64,000 nucleotides of DNA from the NCBI GenBank assembly GCA_021818475.1, contig JAKADZ010000001.1, positions 72,562 through 136,561 on the forward strand, given 5' to 3'. The DNA comes from Nanobdellota archaeon (GTDB taxonomy: Archaea; Nanobdellota; Nanobdellia; Pacearchaeales; GW2011-AR1). The translations under genes and the position numbers were made by a program. This document shows, in pieces, positions 52,689 through 60,500 of the stretch. Each line of letters opens with the position of its first letter. Position 1 is the stretch's first letter. The notes beneath the pieces are model-generated. The model saw only the letters and a program-made list of their open reading frames with translations. It had not been told where the DNA came from and did not search any database.

Positions 52689-52960
52689 TATAATTCGGTT
52701 AAGCGAAGCGAAATCGAATTCATTAAAGAATCGAACGTAGTTTCATTTGGCTCGAAGAGACGAATGAGAGGGAACGAGCGAAGCGAAGTGAACTCCGATT
52801 CTTGGTGAGGGGACTTTTATATTCCGCAAATAGAAAATAATTCCCTGTTGGGCGGGCGAGAGTTTTCGCGATGGTAAGGTCAGTGTTAAGTGGGCGGGGG
52901 CTCGAGCTGGTGAGGGGACTTTATTATTTCACGAATAGAAAAATAATTCCGTTCTGTGCA
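52689..52960 (+). repeat. two inserts, each followed by a repeated tRNA-Tyr 3' end plus original downstream flank
   Basis: CGATTCTTGGTGAGGGGA at 52796-52813 is identical to the tRNA 3' end, and TGGTGAGGGGA recurs at 52908-52918. Both are followed by a similar ~45-nt flank (CTTT.AT.ATT.C.CG.AAATAGAAAA.TAATTCC). Insert 1 (52689-52794) carries the core TCATTTGGCTCGAAGAGACGAATGA (52743-52767) and an inverted copy of the T-arm (AAGAATCGAAC). Insert 2 (52851-52907) is GC-rich. Confidence 0.75.
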
Positions 52961-52974
52961 GGAGAGAATTTTAA

Positions 52975-53251
52975 CTTTTTTCTTTATCACCTCTTTTTGA
53001 AAGGTGTTTATAAATTTTAATAACCTTCGGAGATTTACTCCTTTAACAACTTTTATCGGAAATTTTTTCTTTCCGAAGGTGAACGATTTCGCGAATGCCA
53101 AAAATATTAAATGCAATGAGCGAGGTCGCAAATCAGAAAAAATTTTATTTATCTTAAAAATTTCTGAAAGAAATTTTTGCATTTTTTTCTATTAGTATGA
53201 GAAGAAATAAATGAGTGAGGTTACGATTTAAGAAAACCGATTAAGTGTTCT
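52975..53251 (+). repeat. composite intergenic repeat (module B copy 2 plus truncated module A 3' end)
   Basis: Aligns with 47308-47515. The following AATGAGTGAGGTTACGATTTAAGAAAACCGATTAAGTGTTCT parallels AATGAGTGCGGGTGCGAGTTTAAGAAACCGGAGG of the long module and the AAGAAAACCGATTAGGTGTTCT of the 41696 tandem unit. Confidence 0.65.
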
Positions 53252-53388
53252 CCACTAACGAAATATTTAAAAAAGAAAATTACAGAATAAAATTATAAAG
53301 AGGGGAAAATGAAGGAATTAAAAGAAAAAGAAGAAGAGGAAGAAGAGGAAATTTTTGACGACGTCATTGACGACCTCGAACTTGACAG

Positions 53389-54291
53389 TTAACGTATTCC
53401 CAGCGTTATTTTATTGTTTTCTTTATTTATCTCGCTGAAGTTTGTTTCTATAACTAGGTTTATATTATTCACATTTAACTGAGCAACCCAGATATTGCTT
53501 ATATGCAAAGAAATCCCGTTGCCAATTTCAACAGGATTAATATCTATCTTTCGGATAAGATTATTATCTGCATATATTGCAACATCAGAAGAATTTGCAT
53601 CGGCAAGCCCGACATTTAATATATTCATATCGAGATTAAGGAATCTGCCGCTCATGGTAGCAGAAGCATTTTCAAATATTAAATCAGGATAACTGGGAAT
53701 TGAGTATAAATCATTAAGCAGTTTCAGTGTATCATCCCCTATGGTCTGGTCGCAGTTACTGACATTATACATTATATTTGCAGGGTTCACCGAATGGTTA
53801 AATCCCAAAACATGGAGAAGTTCGTGAATCGCGATATTTGGTTTGGGGCAATCAGAATTTCGTATAAGCAAAATTTCCCCTGAAGTAATTATATTAAAAT
53901 TTCCTGCAACAATTATCTGTTTTGGCCCCCCTTCTCCTGCAACGAACATCCCATTTTCAATTTGATTTCTGTCTTCACATGTAACAGTTATTTCTTCATT
54001 ATTATCAACGGGATAAAAGACCAAAGGAGTAAGATTCTCCATTATTGTAAATGCATTTTCCATGTCATTTTGCTTCTGAAGAGGACAGGTGCTTGAAATT
54101 CTGTAAGAAATGTCAGGGCTTGAAAACCTCATGTTTGGGTAATACTGCATAACCGAACTGCCATCGATGCTGAAGTTGGTATTATTGTATTTTACCTCAA
54201 AACTTACCGGATTTGTTGGAAGCATGTAAAAAAATAAACTTGCAAAAATAATCAGCAAAAATGCCCCGACAAAAATCAACCTCCAATTCAT
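53389..54291 (-). CDS. secreted metzincin-type zinc metalloprotease with C-terminal CARDB-like domain
   Basis: N-terminal signal/anchor (WRLIFVGAFLLIIFASLFFY), the zinc motif HELLHVLGFNH (HExxHxxGxxH), and a C-terminal beta-sandwich-like segment. Confidence 0.8.
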   Translation of the reverse strand: MNWRLIFVGAFLLIIFASLFFYMLPTNPVSFEVKYNNTNFSIDGSSVMQYYPNMRFSSPDISYRISSTCPLQKQNDMENAFTIMENLTPLVFYPVDNNEEITVTCEDRNQIENGMFVAGEGGPKQIIVAGNFNIITSGEILLIRNSDCPKPNIAIHELLHVLGFNHSVNPANIMYNVSNCDQTIGDDTLKLLNDLYSIPSYPDLIFENASATMSGRFLNLDMNILNVGLADANSSDVAIYADNNLIRKIDINPVEIGNGISLHISNIWVAQLNVNNINLVIETNFSEINKENNKITLGIR

Positions 54292-54364
54292 AAGTTAAAT
54301 TATAATTCGTCTTTTATAAATTATGCGTTAAAAAAATAAAAAAAAGAAATAGCTGAAAACCGGT

Positions 54365-54520
54365 TTACCAGTCCTCGTCATCAGATGATGAAGTTTCTTC
54401 TTCCTCTTCGTCTTCATTCCCGTCTTCGTCTTCTGATTCTTCATCTTCTTCGTATTCATCTTCAGATGAAGTTTCTTCGTCTTCGTATTCTTCATTTGCG
54501 TCTTTTTTGTTTTTTGCCAT
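54365..54520 (-). CDS. possible 51-aa extremely acidic protein (below track cutoff)
   Basis: Hand translation of the minus strand: MAKNKKDANEEYEDEETSSEDEYEEDEESEDEDGNEDEEEEETSSSDDEDW*. It is on the same strand as, and upstream of, the metalloprotease gene. The plus-strand track ORF 54385..54591 is its mirror image. Confidence 0.4.
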   Translation of the reverse strand: MAKNKKDANEEYEDEETSSEDEYEEDEESEDEDGNEDEEEEETSSSDDEDW

Positions 54521-54641
54521 TTGAAATAAATTACCTCATAATTTATTTGAAGTTTGAGAAGAAAAATCCTTTTTTAAAGCTTTTGATTTAGATTTTGAAA
54601 GATGTAAGTAGTTTTTTATACCGGAAATTCATAAAAGAAAT

Positions 54642-55283
54642 ATGATATTGAATTTCCTTACAAATATATTTGATCTAATGACCAATGCTGACAAGATTTT
54701 AACTTTAATTCTTCAGCAGTATGGAGTTTTAATTTATCCGTTTATTTTCTTATTTATTTTTATAGAAACAGGTTTAGTGGTAACTCCTCTTATTCCGGGG
54801 GATTCACTTCTCTTCATATCAGGAACCTTAGCAGCAAAAAATTTGATAGATGGTTATCTGGTTTTTGTTTTAGCAGCCTTAGCTGCAGTAATAGGGGATA
54901 GTGTAAATTATGGAATAGGAAATTTCCTTGGCAAAAAAGCATATAATTGGAAGTGGATTAAAAAAGAATATCTTGAAAGAACGCAGGAATTTTATAATAA
55001 ACATGGAAAGAAAACAATAATCCTGGCGAGATTTGTTCCGATAATAAGAACCATTGCTCCGTTTGTCGCAGGAGTTGGAAAAATGAAATATAGGGAATTT
55101 TTTAGTTTTAATGTAATCGGCGGAATTTTGTGGACAGCAATCTTTATTTCAGCAGGATTTTTCTTCGGAAACATTCCATTTATTCAGGAGCACCTTTCAA
55201 TAGTTGTCTTTTTAATAATAGCAGTCTCTCTAATTCCCGTATTAATTGAATATTTAAAACATAGAAAGAAAAAAAATCAATAA
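54642..55283 (+). CDS. dedA: DedA-family (VTT domain) membrane protein
   Basis: 213 aa. Characteristic PLIPGDSLLF, FLGKK and ILARFVPIIRTIAPFVAGV blocks. Confidence 0.88.
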   Translation: MILNFLTNIFDLMTNADKILTLILQQYGVLIYPFIFLFIFIETGLVVTPLIPGDSLLFISGTLAAKNLIDGYLVFVLAALAAVIGDSVNYGIGNFLGKKAYNWKWIKKEYLERTQEFYNKHGKKTIILARFVPIIRTIAPFVAGVGKMKYREFFSFNVIGGILWTAIFISAGFFFGNIPFIQEHLSIVVFLIIAVSLIPVLIEYLKHRKKKNQ

Positions 55284-56230
55284 GATTCTGTTTCTAAGAA
55301 AATCTTTTTATCAACAGAATATACAAATTTTCCTTCAGAATAATCTATTGATATAATGCTGCCTTCCGGAATGCTGTTATGCATTTCAAATTCATAATTG
55401 GAATCAGAAACCAATCTGTCAAGGTTATTCTGAATATTTCTTGCTCCCCATAATTTTGGATTTCCCATTTGGATAATTTTTCCCTGTGCTTTCTCGCTAA
55501 TTCCAATCTGATAATGTTTAAGCTCATCATTAATGATGTCTATATTTTTCCATAAAATTTCAAAAAGATCAGAATCATTTAAGGGGTTGAATGTAACAAA
55601 ATCAACAATTCTTCCAAGAAAAGCTTCTCCAATGCCCTGTTCCCGTAATATTGAAATAATTCTTCTCTTCTCAATTTCCGAAGTTGATATTTGTAAATCA
55701 GTAAAACCAATTTCTCTTCCTCCGGTTTCAGACGCTTTATTTCCGGTATTGCTTGTAAAATACATAAAACCTTTGAATGGAATTTGCAAACCATCATGAC
55801 TGGTTAAAAAAGAATCCCCGAGGAAATTAGTCAATGACTGGCATATGCTTGGATGAACCTTGTCTATTTCATCGAATAAGATTATTGACTCTGGATTTTT
55901 TCTTATGAATTTCTGTAGTATTCCCCCGTTAGGATCATATCCAACATAACTGGGAGGAGCGCCAAATAATTCCCTAGCAGTATGTTCCTGCCCATATTCA
56001 GAACCCTGTAAAGTAAGAAGAGGAATTTTCAGTTCTTCCGCAATAAATGTGACAGAACTTGTCTTGCCTACTCCAGATGGACCAAGAAGGTAATAACTTG
56101 AAATCCTGTTTTTAGGCATTCCCCTGTGTTTTATATTTATGAATGGTCGGATTATTTGTTTTACCGCATCTTTCTGACCGATGACTTCTTCATTTAAAAC
56201 TTCCTCTAAAACATCAAAAGCAGATTCCAA
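55277..56230 (-). CDS. stand-alone Clp/Hsp100 NBD2-like AAA+ ATPase
   Basis: VIGQKDAVKQI, Walker A GPSGVGKT, YVGYDPNGG, Walker B ILFDEIDKVHP and sensor-1 TSN reproduce the ClpA/ClpB D2 module order. The only in-frame start is a TTG, and the frame is reachable by a -1 shift from ORF 56206..56568. Confidence 0.85.
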   Translation of the reverse strand: MESAFDVLEEVLNEEVIGQKDAVKQIIRPFINIKHRGMPKNRISSYYLLGPSGVGKTSSVTFIAEELKIPLLTLQGSEYGQEHTARELFGAPPSYVGYDPNGGILQKFIRKNPESIILFDEIDKVHPSICQSLTNFLGDSFLTSHDGLQIPFKGFMYFTSNTGNKASETGGREIGFTDLQISTSEIEKRRIISILREQGIGEAFLGRIVDFVTFNPLNDSDLFEILWKNIDIINDELKHYQIGISEKAQGKIIQMGNPKLWGARNIQNNLDRLVSDSNYEFEMHNSIPEGSIISIDYSEGKFVYSVDKKIFLETESY

Positions 56231-56568
56231 AGCAATTTGTTCAATGGAAATTTTTTTCTCCTCCTCTTTTTTTCTCCTGTCTTAATTGGTTCCGGTCTTT
56301 CAAAATTAAAATTGGTATTAACTCTCCTGCGGATTTTATTGAATTCAAGTTCAGGATTTAAACTTACAATCCGGCTATAAAGATTAATCATAGAATGATA
56401 AGTAAGTTCATAAGAAGGGCAATGTGAAAACCAGGAAACAACTTGCGGAATGTATTTGATTTCATTTAAAATCTGCTCGATGGAAAATTTTTCAAGTTTC
56501 TCGGCAATTTCTTCCTTCGAAAATCTTTTTATCTCAACCAATAAAGGATTGATTGTATTCTCATTCAT
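56206..56568 (-). CDS. hypothetical protein, likely the N-terminal domain of the AAA+ ATPase (frameshift-linked)
   Basis: 120-aa ORF overlapping the ATPase ORF by 25 nt. The overlap region contains A AAA AAG in the zero frame. No family recognised. Confidence 0.55.
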   Translation of the reverse strand: MNENTINPLLVEIKRFSKEEIAEKLEKFSIEQILNEIKYIPQVVSWFSHCPSYELTYHSMINLYSRIVSLNPELEFNKIRRRVNTNFNFERPEPIKTGEKKRRRKKFPLNKLLWNLLLMF

Positions 56569-56621
56569 TATCAGGGGGAGATAACTGAGATATATTTAAA
56601 GATATATGTGCTTATGGATAA

Positions 56622-57488
56622 TCAGGCCCTTATTCTTCCTTCCTGCCAGTCCTTCAGAATCAGTCTTGCAGTCTTGTCTTCATCGACGAGATTTCCTTTT
56701 TTCAAAATTCCTTTTTTTCTTCCAAGTTTTTCTATCAGTTCCTCTGAATTTCCCTTTGCAGAAATTCCGTAAAATTTTTCTATCAAAGCAGAAAATTCTT
56801 TCATTAAATCATTGACGGCAATTTCAGGATTTTTAATCTGGCTGTATGATCTCGCCCCGACTTTTGTATGTCGCGAAATAGCTGCCAAATTTGAACTAGA
56901 GTATTCCTTTGAAGAAATAACTCCCGGACTGTCCAGCAAAACTATTTCCGAAGTAAGATTTGCCTTTTGAATCCCTCTTGTAAATCCTGCATCGGCACCT
57001 GTTCCTGCAATCGGTTTCCCGACGAGAAGATTGATTATCGAACTCTTTCCGGTGTTTGGATATCCAACAATCCCAACTGTGACCTTTCCAAGTTTTTTAT
57101 CAACTTTGTCTTTCACATTATAAGAAGTGATTTTAATTTTGTTCCTCAGCTCTTTCCCCCCTTTTCTATCAGGGCATGACACAAAAACTCTCGGAGAGAG
57201 GGAAATCATTTGTTTGTCAATTTTCTTCATGTCAATCAGGTCAGACTTGTTAAAAACGTAAATTATTTTTTTCCCTGATTCAATAATCTTCTTTTCAAGC
57301 TCCGGATTTCTTGTTTCATTGATAAATCTTGCATCCAAAACTTCAAGAATTATATCAGACATCTGGATAATTTTATCAGCAAGTTCGGGATATTTCGGCC
57401 TTTCCTTTTTCATATTCCCCAATTTAGTTGAACGGGAAACCATTGAAGATGCGTGTTTTTTTCCATATGAAAATTTTTGTCTTTGCAT
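56622..57488 (-). CDS. circularly permuted GTPase of the YlqF/RbgA (ribosome biogenesis) family
   Basis: Motif order is G4 NKSD, then G1 GYPNTGKSS, then G3 DSPG. The track ORF extends to 57527, but a TTTATAAA box at 57510-57517 lies 21 nt upstream of the ATG at 57488 (MQRQKF...), which favours that start. Confidence 0.88.
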   Translation of the reverse strand: MQRQKFSYGKKHASSMVSRSTKLGNMKKERPKYPELADKIIQMSDIILEVLDARFINETRNPELEKKIIESGKKIIYVFNKSDLIDMKKIDKQMISLSPRVFVSCPDRKGGKELRNKIKITSYNVKDKVDKKLGKVTVGIVGYPNTGKSSIINLLVGKPIAGTGADAGFTRGIQKANLTSEIVLLDSPGVISSKEYSSSNLAAISRHTKVGARSYSQIKNPEIAVNDLMKEFSALIEKFYGISAKGNSEELIEKLGRKKGILKKGNLVDEDKTARLILKDWQEGRIRA

Positions 57489-57570
57489 GATAATCATAAG
57501 AATCGCGGGTTTATAAAATTTAGACAATCGATTAATTTAAATATTATTTTTTCCGAATATATTTATTAGA

Positions 57571-60500
57571 ATGTTAAAAGAGGGTGAAGAGGTTAAAATT
57601 AATGAAAAGTTCTGTTCAGAACCCCCAAAAATCTTAAGCCTGAAAAAAATATTTTTTCTGATTTTTACAGTTTTTTTTATTTCGATAATAAATGCTGCAG
57701 GGTATATCCCGACTAATTACACCACTTTTATTTTGCATAATGAATCAGATTCTTTATTTACAAACTACAAAATTATGCAAAATACTTCAGTCGATGCAGG
57801 CTTATCTACAGAGTCACTTTCTTTGGCAACAAATGGGAACACGTATTGTTTTGCAACAGAATGGATTTCTCCAAGTTATCCATTGGCAGGATTATTCAAC
57901 GGAACATGGACATTTAATATGTATTCAAACTGTTCAAAAAATTTAGCGAATAATCAGTATTATACTTTAGCGAGAATTGTCAAAGTAAACAGCACCGGTG
58001 AATATAATGTAACAAACACGACGACAAATGGAGTCGCATGTGCAACAGGTGCCCCAGTATTAAAAAGCTGGACATATTTGGTCCCGTATAACGAAAGTTT
58101 AAATTTAACCGCAGGAGAAAGAGTTGGAGTTCAATTTTGTATCAGAATTGCAGGGGGTGCAGCCGCAACAACAAGAATGCAATGGGAAGATAATTTCCCG
58201 TCGAGCGTCAATATCCCTGTTCAGCTTTTTGACAATCAGCCTCCATTGGTAAATGTTTCTTCCCCTATATTAAATTACAGATATCCAAACGGAACTATTT
58301 TAGTAAATTTCTCGGCGATAGACACAACAACCGCAATCTCGAGTTTATGGTTTAACAACGGAACAAATAATATAACTTACACTTCCCCGGTTTATATCAC
58401 TCTTGCAGCAGGCAATAAAAGTCTCTTTTTTTATGCAAATGATTCTGTCAACAACTTAAATTACACTCAGGTAAATTTCACAATAAATCAGGCGCCAAAT
58501 CTTTCTGCGATATATGCATACCCAAGTCCGATAAAAGGAGGGAATACAATCACAATCAATGCAACTGTGTCAGATTTAAACAATGATTCGCTGTCCTTTT
58601 ATTGCACTGAACTTAATCAGTCACCTATTTCTGCAAACAGTTATTGTACAGGAGGAAATACCAATATGGCATCACCTTACAATTTATCATGCACTTATGC
58701 AACTACAGCAGACAGTTCAACCCATACTGTTTATTGCAGAGCATTTGACGGACTGGCATATTCATCAACTGTTAATACTACTTACACAACTAATTCCACA
58801 GTATTAACAACCTCCGTAATAAGTGTGGCGGGAGACACTGCGCCAAGTTATATTGATAATGTAAATGACGGAAGAACAGACATTTTGGTTTCAGGACAGA
58901 ATGGAATGAGCTGCAGATGGAGCCCAAATGATTTATCATATTCTTCAATGAGCAATGACTGCACAATTTCTGGAAGTATTGCAAATTGTTCAGTAACGGG
59001 AATATCACAGGGATTTAACACTGAACATGTTTCGTGTATGGATTCGTTAGGAAATGAGCAGAATGCAAATCAGAATCTTGATATCTCTTTTTACCTAGAT
59101 TACACTGCCCCGACAACAAGCGACAATTCCAGTTCAGCAGTACATCTCCCCGGATATTCTGCAATGATTTTAGAATCAGATAATGTAGACCCGGATCCAA
59201 AGACATATTACTGTGTTGATACAACCAACACTTGTACACCGACAAATGCTATTGATAACGGCAGTTCAGTTACCTTTAATACAAGAGGAACAAATTACCT
59301 GAGATATTATTCAGTGGATTTTGCAGGCAACACCCAATCAGTGCAGAGCAAAACAATCAGCATCAATCAGCTTCCAACTTTTATTTCAGCAGGAGATAAT
59401 GCAGATACAATTCAGGGAGGAACTCAGGTAAGTGTCTATACAGTTTCATCAGATAATGATACAGGACAAACCCTTAGTTTATTTGTCTGCAAATCAAGCG
59501 GAGCAAATTCTTCAGGATGCGCAGGAGCAACATACTGCAATTCAACAGGAACAGTAAACCCGGGATGCAGTTTCTATTCCGAAAATGATTCTGCAACTCA
59601 TAATTGGTATGTTTACATCTACGATTCATTGGGGGAAGCAGCATCAAATAATCCAATGACAGGAAGTTACACAACTGATTCAACAGCTCCGGTTATAACT
59701 ATTACAAGCCCGTCAGCAAATCAGATAATTCCTGGAAACTCTGCAACTTTTACAATGGTTGTAAACGAGCCATTAAGCTGGGCGGCATATTCAATAGACG
59801 GAAATCAGAATGTAACAATGACCAACATATCCGCATTCACCTGGACTCAGACAAATACAAGCATATCCAATAAAAACAATTACACCGTCACGTTTTATGC
59901 AAATGACAGTTATAATAATCTCGCGCAATCAACAATAAATTTCACCATAGATTCAACGAGAACAGACACAACTCCTCCGGTAATTACAATCTTAAGTCCG
60001 GTAAATAATACTTATTACACAACCTCAACAATTTTACTGAATATAACAACAGATGAAGCATTATCCTGGGCAGGATATAAATTAGATTCAGGAGCACTTA
60101 CTAATTTAGGGAATGTCTCAAGTATAGAATGGAATGGAACAATAACCACAACAGAAGGAGCACATAATATCACATTTTATGCAAATGATTCTTCAAGCAA
60201 CAAAAATCAGGCAAATGAAACAGTTCCTTTTTATGTTGATTTAACAAACCCCCAGATAAATTCTTTTTCATGTACAACTCCTGTAAATGACAGCGCCAAT
60301 GTAAATTGCTCAGCTTCAGTTTCAGATTCAGTCGGACTTGGATATGCAATAATAAATTATAATTCAACAGGAGCATGGCAGAATTCATCACAAATAAATC
60401 TTGCAGGAACATCTTCTTCATTTAATTATACAATTTCTGCGGGTAATACAACTCCAGGAAGCTTCGGAGTTAATTTATATCTTTTTGACAATGCAGGAAA

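Noticed and set aside
52572-53195. Track ORFs 52572..52808 (+), 52886..53182 (-) and 53004..53195 (+)
   Set aside because: They overlap tRNA-iMet, tRNA-Tyr and the repeat mosaic. They have no plausible promoter or start context, and their sequence is explained by the repeats.
54385-54591. 68-aa plus-strand track ORF (L/R/H-rich)
   Set aside because: It is the mirror image of the acidic minus-strand mini-ORF 54365..54520 across a purine/pyrimidine-skewed tract. The minus-strand reading has an ATG and the same orientation as the downstream protease gene.
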